DNA of 64,000 bases from a bacterium (GCA_965203325.1 OZ241875.1:3936001-4000000), one strand, 5' to 3'. Counted from the stretch's first letter, positions 20,615 through 31,462 are shown. A program made the numbers and translations. Notes: generated from the sequence alone by a model not told the origin.

Positions 20615-21166
20615 CTAGTTGAGCATCGACACAAGCTCGAGAAAATTCTTTTTCAGACCATCCACTTCGGGGGCGCGCCTGATGGCTTCGTAAATTTCGC
20701 CCTGCGCCTTGCCGTATTCTTTTTTCTGAAGGTAGATGCGTCCCAGGTTCATGTAGGGGAAATGGCGCGGCTCGTACCTCGGTGCGGACTTCGCTTTTTC
20801 GAGCCATCCGGCCGCTTCGTCGAGTTCACCCAACTGCATGAGATAACAGCCGATATCGTTGTATGGGTTTCCGAACTCATCGTCGACCTCGATGGCCATG
20901 TGGCACTCTTCGATGGCCTCCTCGAGACGTCCCTGCTTGCTGTACATCCAGCCCAGATAGGTGTGCGCGTCCGCTGTGGGGTAGTAGGCGATGGAGTCCC
21001 GGTACAACTCGATGGCCTTGTCGAGGTCTCCTTTCGCGTGGGCGACGCCACCCTGGTCCAAAAGATCCAGGGCGCGCTTGAGGTCGGAGTTGACCTTGGA
21101 TTCTTCCTCATACTTTTCGTCGAAACTCACGTCTTCGTTTTCATCCGTCATCGGATTACTCTCCAA
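20615..21166 (-). CDS. Tetratricopeptide repeat protein
   Basis: TPR patterns AHTYLGWMY, PYNDIGCYL, PYMNLGRIY. Confidence 0.9.
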   Translation of the reverse strand: MESNPMTDENEDVSFDEKYEEESKVNSDLKRALDLLDQGGVAHAKGDLDKAIELYRDSIAYYPTADAHTYLGWMYSKQGRLEEAIEECHMAIEVDDEFGNPYNDIGCYLMQLGELDEAAGWLEKAKSAPRYEPRHFPYMNLGRIYLQKKEYGKAQGEIYEAIRRAPEVDGLKKNFLELVSMLN

Positions 21167-21393
21167 GATCGAACCCCACGCCAGCTGAAATTATGCCACT
21201 TCTCGTCGGCGGTTTGTCAAGGGAAAATCGGCTTTGGGCTATGGCGATGCCGCCGGTTGATGTGAAAGAATAAAGGGTGCTTGCTTTGAGGTCAGGACGG
21301 CGGATAAGTTGTTTTAGATCAAGAAGAAGATGCGGTTCGGCGAGAATCGAAATCATCGTTTGAATTATCGTTATTTCCGGGAAGAAAGGACGT

Positions 21394-22269
21394 ATGGCCG
21401 ATTCGGTACGAAAAAAATTCAGAAAAATTCTTGAACGACCGGGGGCGACGATCATCCCTGGAGCGCACGACGCGTTGACGGCCAGACTCATCGCCTCCAA
21501 GGGATTCGAGGCCGTCTATATGTCGGGAGCAGGCGTGGTGAACGCCCTGGCGGGGTTGCCTGACAACGGGTTGGCGTCATTCAGCGAAGTGCTCATGAAT
21601 GCGAGGTATATGGCCGACTCCGTGGAGGTCCCGCTGGTGGTGGACGTGGATACAGGCTACGGCAACGCGGTGAACGTCGTGCGCACGGTGCGTGATTTCG
21701 AAAAAGCGGGTGTTGCGTGCATTCAGATAGAAGATCAGGCGCTGCCCAAACGCTGCGGCCATCTGGACGGCAAACAGGTGGTGAGCCGCGAAGAGTTTAT
21801 TGGGAAAATCCGCGCCGCCGTGGCCCATCGTATAGATCCGGATTTCGCCATCATGGCGCGAATCGACGCCAAGTACGTCTACGGCATGGATGAGGCCGTC
21901 GAAAGGGGCAATGCGGCACTCGAAGCCGGGGCGGACGTCATATTCATCGAAGCGCTCGAAACGCGCGATGAGTTCGTCGAGTATGCCGAGCGCTGCCCGG
22001 GGCCACTGCTCGCCAATATGACGGAGTTCGGCAAGACGCCCCATATCTCAAAAGCGGATTTCGAGGAGATGGGCTATAAACTCGTCCTGTTTCCGGTGAG
22101 CATCATGCGCGCGATGCTCAAGGCGGGCGAATTGCTGCTCGACGAGCTCAAGGAAAAAGGCACGATGTCGGATTATCTGGACAACATGATGACGCGCAAA
22201 GAACTCTACCGACTCCTCGATTATGACGCCTATCATGCGATAGAAGCAGAATATCTACCCAGGGATTGA
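21394..22269 (+). CDS. prpB: Methylisocitrate lyase (ICL/PEP mutase family)
   Basis: AVYMSGAG, VDVDTGYG, IEDQALPKRCGH, LANMTEFGKTP. Confidence 0.85.
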   Translation: MADSVRKKFRKILERPGATIIPGAHDALTARLIASKGFEAVYMSGAGVVNALAGLPDNGLASFSEVLMNARYMADSVEVPLVVDVDTGYGNAVNVVRTVRDFEKAGVACIQIEDQALPKRCGHLDGKQVVSREEFIGKIRAAVAHRIDPDFAIMARIDAKYVYGMDEAVERGNAALEAGADVIFIEALETRDEFVEYAERCPGPLLANMTEFGKTPHISKADFEEMGYKLVLFPVSIMRAMLKAGELLLDELKEKGTMSDYLDNMMTRKELYRLLDYDAYHAIEAEYLPRD

Positions 22270-22276
22270 GGTCAAA

Positions 22277-23641
22277 ATGAACGGCCACACGCGTGAACTC
22301 GCGCGATTCATCAGCGAAACTTCCTATGGTGATTTGTCCGACAACTTGCGCGCCTGCATGCGCAAGTATTTCCTGGACGCGGTGGGTTGCGGTCTCTACG
22401 GCACGACCACCGAATCGGGACGCATACTGTCTCGCCTCACTCAGGAACAAGGCGGAAGAGCGGAGGCCACCATGTGGAAGAGCGCCTGGCGCGGGCCGGT
22501 GGGGCCCGTGGCGCTTTGCCTGGGCACCTGGATGCACGCGTTCGAACTCGATGATTACCACAGCGGCGCGAAGTTGCATCCGGGCGCGGTGGTTTTCGCC
22601 GCCGCTTATCCACTCGCCGAGAAATTAGGGGTGGATAGCAGGAAGTTCATGACCGCCTGCGCCGTGGGCTATGAAACCATGATCCGCGCGAGCATCGCCG
22701 CCGACTGCCTGGAAGTGCGGAGGCGTGGGTTTCATCTCACGGGCCTGTGCGGTCCATTTGGAGCCGTCGCCGCAGCGGCGCACCTGATGGAAATGACTCC
22801 CGAACAGACGGCCAACGCATTAGGCCTCGCGGGAACACAGGGGGCGGGGACATGGGCCTTTCAGTGTGATGGCTCCGAGACGAAGCGCTTTCACGCGGGC
22901 CGTGCGGCCCAAAGCGGCCTCCTGGCCGCTGCTTTGGCCGAGGGGGGCTATACGGGCCCCAAGGAGATTTTCGAGTACGAAGACGGCGGGTTCATTCGGG
23001 CGTTCAGTGGTTGCGGGGACCCTGAGCCGCTGACGAGAGGCTTGGGTGATCATTGGGAGGCGGAGGGTGTCTCCTTCAAGCCCTATTGCTGCTGCGGCAG
23101 CACCCACTCGACCATCGACGCGGTTCTCGCCCTGCGCAGGGAGCATGGCGTCGCGCCCGATGACGTACAGGAAATGGAGATCATGAACCACAGCGTGGTG
23201 AAACAGCAGTGTTCCTGGCAATACGAGCCGGTGAGTTCGCTGCGCGCGCAGATGAACATCGAGTATTGCGCCGCGGTCGCGCTCACCGACGGGGAGGCGG
23301 GACCGGGACAGTTCACGCCCGAGCGAATCGCCGACCCCGAACTCGTGAGTCTCGCGCGTCGGGCGCGCTTCACGGTGGATCCTGAAATCGAGAAACTCTA
23401 TCCAAAAACCTTCCCGGCGAAAGTGGCTATCCGTACTCATGACGGCCGCGAACTTAAGAGCCGCGTCGCCGGCCCCAAGGGCTCGCCCCAGAACCCGATG
23501 GATTTCGACATGGTGGCGGGGAAATTCAGACAGATTACGGGCGGTGTTATTTCGTCCGGCGCACAGGACAAATTGGTGGAAGCCGCCTCGAGTCTGGATG
23601 AGATGGAAACGATGGGCGCCCTGGTGGCGCATCTCGCCTAG
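22277..23641 (+). CDS. MmgE/PrpD family protein
   Basis: HAFELDDYH..LHP, RGFHLTG, KRFHAG, KPYCCCGSTH. Confidence 0.92.
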   Translation: MNGHTRELARFISETSYGDLSDNLRACMRKYFLDAVGCGLYGTTTESGRILSRLTQEQGGRAEATMWKSAWRGPVGPVALCLGTWMHAFELDDYHSGAKLHPGAVVFAAAYPLAEKLGVDSRKFMTACAVGYETMIRASIAADCLEVRRRGFHLTGLCGPFGAVAAAAHLMEMTPEQTANALGLAGTQGAGTWAFQCDGSETKRFHAGRAAQSGLLAAALAEGGYTGPKEIFEYEDGGFIRAFSGCGDPEPLTRGLGDHWEAEGVSFKPYCCCGSTHSTIDAVLALRREHGVAPDDVQEMEIMNHSVVKQQCSWQYEPVSSLRAQMNIEYCAAVALTDGEAGPGQFTPERIADPELVSLARRARFTVDPEIEKLYPKTFPAKVAIRTHDGRELKSRVAGPKGSPQNPMDFDMVAGKFRQITGGVISSGAQDKLVEAASSLDEMETMGALVAHLA

Positions 23642-23673
23642 GGCCGGGCCGGATTCTGGATCAGGAGACGAAC

Positions 23674-25053
23674 ATGGAAACGATGAGCGACAAACTGGCG
23701 CGTTTCGCCGCCGGTTTATCTTACGAGGACATTCCCGGGCAGGTGATTGAGAAGGCGAAACTTCATCTATTAGACGCCTTGGGGATAGGTTTGGCCGCAA
23801 CACGGGAGGCCTACGCTGACGCAGTGACGAAAACGGCGCGCGATTGGGGCGGCAATCCCCAGGCCACCGTATGGCGTTACGGAGACAGGCTGCCCGTCGC
23901 TCACGCCGCCATGGTGAACGGCAGCTACGTGCACGGGCTTGATTTCGACGATACGCATACGGATTCCATCACCCACATGAGCGCCTGCGTGGTGCCAACG
24001 GCGCTGGCCGCGGGCGAGGCCGCCGGCGCGAGCGGGCGGGATATCCTCGCGGCCATGGTGGCGGGCTATGAGGTCATCGCCAGAATCGGGGGCGCGGTGC
24101 CGGGGGCGTTTCACGCCGAGGGCTATCACGCCACCCCGATATGCGGCGCCTTCGGCGCGGCGGCCGTCATGGGGCGTCTGATGAACCAATCGCCCGAAGC
24201 CATCGCCAACGCGTTCGGCGTTTGCGGGAGCCAGGCGGCGGGGATTCAGGAGTTTCTCGACGATGGAAGCTGGGTCAAGCGTTTTCACCCGGGCTGGGCT
24301 TCCCATGCGGGTGTCACCGCCGCGCAGATGGCGGGCCACGGGTTCTTGGGTCCCCGGAAAGTCCTGGAGGGCAGGTTCGGCCTTTACGCCACGCACTTGA
24401 GCGACCCGGCCTACGACGCGGAAATCCTGGCGGGCGGACTCGGCGAGCGATGGGAAACGCTGCGCATTTCGTTCAAGCCCTATCCTTGTTGCCATTTCAA
24501 TCACGCGGCAATGGATGCGGCGAAGAATCTGGTGCGCGAAGCGGGCATTTCCATTGATGAGATCGACGAGATCGAAACCATTACGCCCGAACCGATCCTC
24601 CATATCGTGTGCGAACCCATCGAGCACAAGCGAAAGCCCAACACGCAGTATGCGGCCCTATTCAGCCTGCCTTTTTGTCTGGCCGTCAACGTGGTGAAGG
24701 GCCGGGCCACGCTCGATGATTTCGAGGAAGAACATCTGGGCGACGCGAAGGTGCTCGAACTGGCCGGGAAGGTGAGGTGTACAGGTGTGGATTCGGACAG
24801 GTTCCCCAAGTACCTGCACGGCGGCGTGAGGATGACGCTCAAGGACGGTCGTGTCCTGGAGTGCGATGAACCCGTCAACTGGGGCAACCCCGAAAACCCG
24901 ATGGAATGGGCGGACGTCGAGGCGAAGTTCCGCGGAAACGCGCGCCGCGTCCTGCCCGAGAGCAAGGTCGATTCCGCCGTGGGGGCCGTCATGGGATTCG
25001 AAGCGGCGCCGGATGCGAGCGCGTTGATGAGCGCTTGTAAGGCCGCTCGATGA
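23674..25053 (+). CDS. MmgE/PrpD family protein
   Basis: HGLDFDDTH, GYHATP, KRFHPG, KPYPCCHFNH. Confidence 0.92.
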   Translation: METMSDKLARFAAGLSYEDIPGQVIEKAKLHLLDALGIGLAATREAYADAVTKTARDWGGNPQATVWRYGDRLPVAHAAMVNGSYVHGLDFDDTHTDSITHMSACVVPTALAAGEAAGASGRDILAAMVAGYEVIARIGGAVPGAFHAEGYHATPICGAFGAAAVMGRLMNQSPEAIANAFGVCGSQAAGIQEFLDDGSWVKRFHPGWASHAGVTAAQMAGHGFLGPRKVLEGRFGLYATHLSDPAYDAEILAGGLGERWETLRISFKPYPCCHFNHAAMDAAKNLVREAGISIDEIDEIETITPEPILHIVCEPIEHKRKPNTQYAALFSLPFCLAVNVVKGRATLDDFEEEHLGDAKVLELAGKVRCTGVDSDRFPKYLHGGVRMTLKDGRVLECDEPVNWGNPENPMEWADVEAKFRGNARRVLPESKVDSAVGAVMGFEAAPDASALMSACKAAR

Positions 25054-25745
25054 CGAAAGACGCCTGGGAGGAGGAGGGTTTCGCCAAAAGCTGGGACGCG
25101 GTGAACGCCGCACGGGACAATCCCGACCGGGCGAATCAACTCGATATGCTCATCTCCCTGCTGGAGGGTGTGAGGCCGGACGATGGCTGGATGCTGGATT
25201 TGGGCGCAGGGTCGGGACGGGTGGAAACCCTCATTTTCGAACGCATCCCCCATGCCAGGGTCGTATGCCTCGATAGTTCTGAGGAAATGCGGAAGCTCGC
25301 CTCAGAGCGCCTGATCGCTCATGAGGGCAGATATCTTCCGCTTCCAGGTGACATGAACGATCTGGAAGCGGTCGAATTTCCCCATACGCCATATGCGGCT
25401 GTTTTCAGCAGCCAGGCCCTGCATGAGATTCCCCACGAGAGCAAACAAGCGGTCTACGAAAAAATGTACGGGCTCCTGCGTCCGGGAGGCGCTTTCTATA
25501 TTCTGGATCGGATCGAGCCGCGCTTCGACGACCTGCCCGATGAATATGAGCGCGTGTGGAATCGTCTGAACCGGCGAATGGATGCGCCGATGACATTTCA
25601 CGAGTATCGAGAACGCTACGACGAGAAGGGGGATTACCCCGCAGGTCTGGATGAGCAGCTCGGGTGGCTGGTGGCCGCAGGCTTTGTCGCCGCGCCCCTT
25701 TATCTGCACTACAACCGCGCGCTCATTGCGGCGCGTAAGACCTAA
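25050..25745 (+). CDS. Class I SAM-dependent methyltransferase
   Basis: MLDLGAGSG motif I; SSQALHEI; LLRPGG; ATGA overlap with the upstream gene. Confidence 0.9.
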   Translation: MTKDAWEEEGFAKSWDAVNAARDNPDRANQLDMLISLLEGVRPDDGWMLDLGAGSGRVETLIFERIPHARVVCLDSSEEMRKLASERLIAHEGRYLPLPGDMNDLEAVEFPHTPYAAVFSSQALHEIPHESKQAVYEKMYGLLRPGGAFYILDRIEPRFDDLPDEYERVWNRLNRRMDAPMTFHEYRERYDEKGDYPAGLDEQLGWLVAAGFVAAPLYLHYNRALIAARKT

Positions 25746-26170
25746 TCCCCTTTTCTCCGCAGGAATTCTTCGAGGACGCTCCTGAGTGTATCCCCGGAAA
25801 TGGTCTCCAGGGCGTCCTCGGGGGAGAGCCAGACGCGCCTTCGCTCATGACTCTCGGGCCAGTCGTCCTCGACGACGCTGACCTCGATTTCGAAGATGTC
25901 GACTTTGCACCTGCCTGCGCCGATGTCATATTCATAACGCGCGATGGGCTCTGTCGACACTACTCCGCGAACTCCCGCCTCCTCCCATGTTTCGGCGATG
26001 GCGGCCTCTTGGGCGGTCTGCCCCGGCTCCACGCCGCCCTGGGGCACTATCCACCAGAAATTGTCCTCGTCCAGGGGCTTGTCGCGCGCCGTGATGAGGA
26101 GGATCTCCAGCCCGTCTTCCGTTATTCGCCAGGGCACGGCCCCAGCCAGGTTGAATCTGTTTCGTTTCAT
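25742..26170 (-). CDS. NUDIX hydrolase (diadenosine/diphosphoinositol polyphosphate hydrolase-like)
   Basis: Nudix box GGVEPGQTAQEAAIAETWEEAGV; WPESHERRRVW. Confidence 0.9.
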   Translation of the reverse strand: MKRNRFNLAGAVPWRITEDGLEILLITARDKPLDEDNFWWIVPQGGVEPGQTAQEAAIAETWEEAGVRGVVSTEPIARYEYDIGAGRCKVDIFEIEVSVVEDDWPESHERRRVWLSPEDALETISGDTLRSVLEEFLRRKGD

Positions 26171-26174
26171 GACG

Positions 26175-26558
26175 TCATGAATCTTCCAGCGTGCAGAACA
26201 CTTCCACGAGGTTGTCCGAGGGGTCTCTGAAGAACAGTTGCCGAAGTCCCAGCCCGGCGTTGATGCCGTCTTTCACGTCCACGCCCGCAATCTCGAGCCT
26301 TTGTTTCACGGGCTCCAAGTCAGACGCAGCGAAGGCGAAGTGGGTTTCGCCCGCTCCGGTGCCCGGGATAGTCGTTTCACTCGCACGATCCCGGCGCCCC
26401 GTGAGATGAAGCTGGCAGGCGCCCGCCTGGAACCAGTAGCCCGGATTCGGCAGGTCCGGCCGATCGATTTCCGCGAGTTCCAGCAGGCCAGCGTAGAAAT
26501 CACGCGCTTCTTCCAGGTCATCGACGCTGATGGATATGTGGTGCATTCCCTCCAGCAT
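26175..26558 (-). CDS. VOC/glyoxalase family protein
   Basis: GMHHISISVDDLEEARDFY...HFAF...FFRDPSDNLVE. Confidence 0.9.
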   Translation of the reverse strand: MLEGMHHISISVDDLEEARDFYAGLLELAEIDRPDLPNPGYWFQAGACQLHLTGRRDRASETTIPGTGAGETHFAFAASDLEPVKQRLEIAGVDVKDGINAGLGLRQLFFRDPSDNLVEVFCTLEDS

Positions 26559-26574
26559 GCTCCGCCTCCGCTTG

Positions 26575-27468
26575 TCAGCTTGTGGATGAGGCTACGAATT
26601 CCGGCTCTATTTGTTCGGGAATGATGCCTGCCTCCGCCGCGCGGTTCAACAGCGTGGAGACGGCTTTTCGCCCGGCGTCGCCGTATGAACGCGTCCATTC
26701 GTTCACGTACATGCCGACGAATACGTCCGCCTTGTCACGCGGCAGATCCCTGGCGTAGGCCATGGCGTGGTCGAGCGCCTCGTCCCGGTTCTCGAGCGCA
26801 TAGACGATGCTCTGGTGCAGCAGGCGGCTCACCTCGCCCACCACTTCGGGGCCCAAATCTTTTCGGATGACGTTGCAGCCCAGGGGCAGGGGACCTCCGG
26901 TTTCCCGCATCCACCACTTGCCGAGATCCTCCACGAGATGAAAGCCCTCCTCCTCATAGGTGAGCTGGCCCTCGTGAATGAGAAGCCCCGCTGGCGAGGC
27001 GCCCTTCTTTACTTCGTCCATAATGTGGTCGAAATGCACCACGCGGTGTTTCGGCTCCTCGCCCCCCAGATAGAGGCGTAGCGTGAGATAGGCCGTCGTC
27101 AGCAGGCCCGGAATGGCGATTTCCGCGTCCCGGAGCGCCTCTGGCGTCATGGGCTCGCGCGAGATGATGACGGGACCGTAATTCTCCCCAAAACTCGCCC
27201 CGTGCGGCAAGATGGCGTAGCGGTCCGCCAGATGGCAATACGCATGAAAGCTGATGGCGCTCACCTCGTATTTGCCTTGGAAAGCGGCCTGGTTCAGCGT
27301 CTCGATGTCGTGGAGTTCATGGATGAATTCATACGTGCCCTGCGCGATCTTCCCGTTCGCCAGGGCGTGGAACATGAAGGCATCGTCCGAATCGGGGCTA
27401 TGGGCGACGCGAATGACTTTCGACACAGGCTTCGTTTCTCCTAAAGTGCGGTTTTTGTAGGATTTCAA
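26575..27468 (-). CDS. mqnD: 1,4-dihydroxy-6-naphthoate synthase (futalosine menaquinone pathway); true start may be GTG at 27426
   Basis: AHSPDSDDAFMF, LLIHEGQLTY, PLPLG, GMYVNE. Confidence 0.85.
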   Translation of the reverse strand: MKSYKNRTLGETKPVSKVIRVAHSPDSDDAFMFHALANGKIAQGTYEFIHELHDIETLNQAAFQGKYEVSAISFHAYCHLADRYAILPHGASFGENYGPVIISREPMTPEALRDAEIAIPGLLTTAYLTLRLYLGGEEPKHRVVHFDHIMDEVKKGASPAGLLIHEGQLTYEEEGFHLVEDLGKWWMRETGGPLPLGCNVIRKDLGPEVVGEVSRLLHQSIVYALENRDEALDHAMAYARDLPRDKADVFVGMYVNEWTRSYGDAGRKAVSTLLNRAAEAGIIPEQIEPEFVASSTS

Positions 27469-28594
27469 GCATCAGAGGGCGACAAATAATCCCGCCTCAA
27501 ATCCGGCGCTCCTCCCTCGGCGGCGGAGCGCAAAAGAGCGCCGATGAGCGCCGCCATGGCTTCCAGGTCCGATTCCATGAAAGTCTCCACCGGACTGTGG
27601 GAATAGCGTCTGGGCATATTGATCGGCACGGTGGGCAAGCCGCCCGGCCGGGATTTGCTCAAAGTCGCGGAATCGAGAAACGTGCCCACGAACACGTCTT
27701 CCTGCAGCGGCACATGGGCGTCGTTCGCCACGCCCTTCACCCACTGGATCAGCTCGGGCGGAGTGATATAGCCGTAAAGGCTCATGGGCTGGTGGTCGTA
27801 CCTGCGCAACACCGGCCCGGCCCCGATCTTCGACCCCCGTGCGTCGGAGCGGCCCGGACCGTCCGAGGGTACGTTGTCGAGCACGATGGCGAGGGAGGAC
27901 GGGATCGCTCCCCCCTTCATCCACCGAAAGAACCGAAGCGCCGCGTCCGCCGATTTCCTCCTGCGCGCAGAAGGCGGCGCTCAGGCGGAGCCTGTCCGAG
28001 AGGGAATTCGCCGTGTTGATGAACGCCTCCACGCACAGGGCGCAGCCCGAGCGGTTGTCCACCGCCTTCGATTTCCATGCTCCGCCGGGGAGTTGCGTGA
28101 AAGGGCTGTGGAACACGCCCGGCGTGCCTGCTTCTATCCCGAGCGCGCGGATCGGCGCATCGTCCGAAGCGCCTATATCTATCCACATCTCATCGACGCC
28201 GGGGTGTTCCTGTCCCTGTAGGGACTGGAGATGCCCGCTGCGGACGTTGACGACGCCCCGGTGAAGGTTCCCGTCCAGCGTCAGGAGGGAGACCTCGCGT
28301 CCGGGGAAAATCGAGTCCGCCACGAGACCCACTTTTTCAAAGCGGATCGCGCCGCCCGCCTCGACTTTCGTGACGATGAGGCCGACTTCGTCCATGTGGC
28401 ACTGAAGGACGATGTGAGGGGCCGCCTCGTTCGCTTCATGGCGGGCGATGAGGTTGCCGATATCGTCGCGCCGCAACTACGCTCGCGCTGTCTTTCAGCA
28501 TCTCTGTGATGGCGTCGCGCACGGCGCCCTCATGACCCGGCGGGCCGGGCAGGGCGCAGAGCGTCTTCATTCTCTCCAGCAAAGGCGATGGCAT
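27465..28594 (-). pseudogene. M42 family aminopeptidase interrupted by two +1 frameshifts (~28479 and ~27923); probably sequencing errors
   Basis: Three frames give consecutive M42 motifs: PGPPGHEGAVR / DDIGNLIA..HMDEVG..KAVDNRSG..QEEIG / AIVLD..PRRYSHSPVE. Confidence 0.8.
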
Positions 28595-28815
28595 TTGATG
28601 ATCCCGGAGTTGTGATGATTTTCAATACTCTCTTGAGCGGGGAGATACTCTCACGGAGGGGAACGCTTGCCAAGCCTGAGAGCTTTTGGGGCTTAAAAAT
28701 AAATTGACCATGCAGGGGGGGAGCATGTAGGCTTTGGCGCGATACCCTCTTGAGTGAATAGTGAATGACGCGCCCGACCCTCGGATGGAGACCTGCGGTG
28801 AGCGATGACGGCCAG

Positions 28816-29503
28816 ATGACGGATTTACTGAGCGTGGTGATGCCGTGCTACAACGAACGCGACACGATTCGCGAAATCGTAGCCCGCGTCCAGTCCGTGC
28901 CGATGAACATCGAACTCATCATCGTGGACGACGGCAGCACGGACGGCACCAGGGATATCCTGGCCGAGATCGAACAAAACGGCGCGCGCGTCATCTACCG
29001 CGAGAAAGAACGAGGGGAAAGGAGCCGCCCTGTGCGATGGGTTTGCGTCGGCGAACGGGGACGTGATCGTCGTGCAGGATGCGGACCTCGAATACGACCC
29101 CGCCGAATACACCGATCTCTATGACCCGATACGTCGGGGGGCGGCCGACGTGGTCTACGGCACGCGCTTCGGCGGAAAACCCCAGCGCGTGCACATGTTC
29201 TGGCACAAGGTGGGAAACCGGATGCTGACCACGCTGGCGAATCTGCTTTTCAACTGCACGCTCACCGACATGGAAACCTGCTACAAGATGTTCCGCCGCG
29301 AGGTGGTGAAGGACATGAAAATCCGCGCCAAGGGGTTCGATTTCGAGCCGGAATTCACCGCGAAAATCCTGAAACCCGCGAAATGGCGCATCTACGAGGT
29401 GCCGATATCCTACTACGGGCGCACCTACGCGGAGGGCAAGAAGATCACCTGGCGAGACGGCTTCATCGCCGTGTGGACCCTCCTGCGCGAGCGGTTTTCC
29501 TGA
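28816..29503 (+). pseudogene. GT2 (DPM synthase-like) glycosyltransferase with one +1 frameshift at ~29005
   Basis: [19 protein letters not shown] in one frame continues as [19 protein letters not shown] in the next. Confidence 0.85.
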
Positions 29504-29504
29504 A

Positions 29505-30578
29505 TCATCCCCTCACGCGGGCGCACACCGTCTCGGTGATGGCCTTGGAGCCGTCGACGGCGCGCCCCTTGTCGTCGAGGCGGATTTCCCCGGCTTCGAG
29601 TGCTCCCCACACGCTGGTTTCAATCTGCTTCGCGGCCTCGCTCTCCCCGATATGGGCGAGCATGAGGGCGGCGGAGAGGATGAGGCTTAAAGGATTGGCG
29701 ATTCCCTTGCCGGCGATGTCGGGGGCCGAGCCGTGGACCGCCTCGAAAAAGGCGAATTTCTCCCCGATGTTCCCCGAGGGACACATGCCGAGGCCGCCGG
29801 CCGTGGCGCCGCCCAAATCGCTCAGCAGGTCTCCCAGCATGTTCTCCATCACGAGCACGTCGTAGTGTTCGGGGCGGATCACCAGATTGTAGGCGCAGGC
29901 GTCCGAATACAGGGTTTCCGCCTCGATATCGGGGAAATCGGCGGCGACTTCCAGGAAAATCTCGCGGAAAAACGCCAGGGAGCGCAGGACGTTGCCCTTG
30001 TCCACGCAGGTGACGCGCCGCACGCCGTCTTCGGGCGCGCCGTTTCTTTTGCGCGCGAGCTCGAAGGCGAATCTCGCCACGCGTTCCGCCCCTTTCCGGG
30101 TGATGATCAGGGTGTCGGCCACGGCTTCGGGGCCGCCGACCCCCTTGTCGCGCGAGGCGTAGAGCCCTTCCGTGTTCTCGCGGATCACGACGTAGTCGAT
30201 GCCGCCGGGTTCATAGCCCGCCAGGGGACTCCGGATGCCCGGGTAGAGCTTGACGGGCCGCATGTTGGCGAAGACGTCGAGACTGGTTCTGAGCACGCCG
30301 CCCAGAAGCCCTCCCTCGGTGCCCTCCGGCGTGCGGACGGACGGGTCGCCCACGGGCGATTTGAGGATGCCGTCCGCCTCGTGGCAGGCCTGCAGGGTTT
30401 CATCGCTGATGCGCTTGCCGTACTTGGCGTAGCGGCCCGCGCCCGCTTCGTGTTCTTCGAGGTTGAGTTTCAAGGCCCCGTTCACCTCCTGTACGGCTTC
30501 GAGAACCGCGATGGTGGACTCCATGAGTTCGGGGCCGATTCCGTCTCCAGGGATAGTGATGATGCGATATTCCTTCAT
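29505..30578 (-). CDS. Isocitrate/isopropylmalate/tartrate dehydrogenase family protein
   Basis: IPGDGIGPE, IRENTEGLY, NMLGDLLSD, FEAVHGSAPDIAGKGIANP. Confidence 0.93.
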   Translation of the reverse strand: MKEYRIITIPGDGIGPELMESTIAVLEAVQEVNGALKLNLEEHEAGAGRYAKYGKRISDETLQACHEADGILKSPVGDPSVRTPEGTEGGLLGGVLRTSLDVFANMRPVKLYPGIRSPLAGYEPGGIDYVVIRENTEGLYASRDKGVGGPEAVADTLIITRKGAERVARFAFELARKRNGAPEDGVRRVTCVDKGNVLRSLAFFREIFLEVAADFPDIEAETLYSDACAYNLVIRPEHYDVLVMENMLGDLLSDLGGATAGGLGMCPSGNIGEKFAFFEAVHGSAPDIAGKGIANPLSLILSAALMLAHIGESEAAKQIETSVWGALEAGEIRLDDKGRAVDGSKAITETVCARVRG

Positions 30579-30694
30579 TTTCTCTCCTGTGGTGGTCTAT
30601 TTCAGGCGCCCGTCTCTTCATTCGAGCAGGTGAGCGGGTATAATCACCCCTCCAAGGGAGCGGCGTTCTCATCGGCATGGGAGTGTAGCGAAAA

Positions 30695-31462
30695 TTGTTT
30701 CGTTTGGAGAACCCCCATAGCGAATCTTTCCAGAAATTCCTGCGCGGACAGGGGCCGCTCCGGTTGCGCTTCTCAGAAGCCATCGCCGAGGGGGGAGAGT
30801 CCCTCGCCATTTGGGTGGACGATCTCACCGCGCCGCAACTGGCGGTGCACACCGGGCGCGGCTGGCTCGCGCCGCTGGGGCGGCCCGAGGCGATATTGGC
30901 AAATCTGGGAGACTTGGAACGCCTCTCCGCGCAGATGGAAGAGAGTGAGGGCTATCTCAAGTTCTCTTCCGTCACGGTCGAGGTTCAAAAGGCGGTCGAG
31001 AGGCGAAGAAAGCTCATCCGGGGTTCTCCCGTGGGCATGTTCATTCTGGAGAAAAAAGATTTCAGGCCCGTTTTCAGTTCGCACCGCATCGAAAGCCTTG
31101 AAAGCGAGGATGCGAAGACGCTGGCCGAGAATTCACCCTACGACCAGGGGGAGGAATACGCCTTGGCGAGAATCCGAAACGCTCCCACCGCGGCGATACG
31201 CATCGGGGGCGAACTCGCCTCCTACATGGTCGTTCATGCGAACGGCTCAATCGGCATGCTGCACACGATGGATCGCTTCCGCGGCCAGGGGCTCGCGCGC
31301 GTGGTGGTGTCCGCCCTGGTCGAGGCGCAATTCGCCAGGGGGCGCGAGGCGTATTGCTACATCGTGGAGGGAAACGAGGCCTCCGAGCGCGTGTTCGAAG
31401 CTGTGGGGTTCAAAAAGGTGATGGACGTCTACTGGAGCGCTTTCGAAAGGCGTGAGGCCTGA
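30695..31462 (+). CDS. GNAT N-acetyltransferase (FR47-like C-terminal domain)
   Basis: RFRGQGLA acetyl-CoA motif; NEASERVFEAVGF. Confidence 0.85.
   Translation: MFRLENPHSESFQKFLRGQGPLRLRFSEAIAEGGESLAIWVDDLTAPQLAVHTGRGWLAPLGRPEAILANLGDLERLSAQMEESEGYLKFSSVTVEVQKAVERRRKLIRGSPVGMFILEKKDFRPVFSSHRIESLESEDAKTLAENSPYDQGEEYALARIRNAPTAAIRIGGELASYMVVHANGSIGMLHTMDRFRGQGLARVVVSALVEAQFARGREAYCYIVEGNEASERVFEAVGFKKVMDVYWSAFERREA

Noticed and set aside
27465..29503. Programmed frameshifting or phase variation in the M42 and GT2 genes
   Set aside because: No consistent slippery motif; clustered single insertions are better explained as sequencing error
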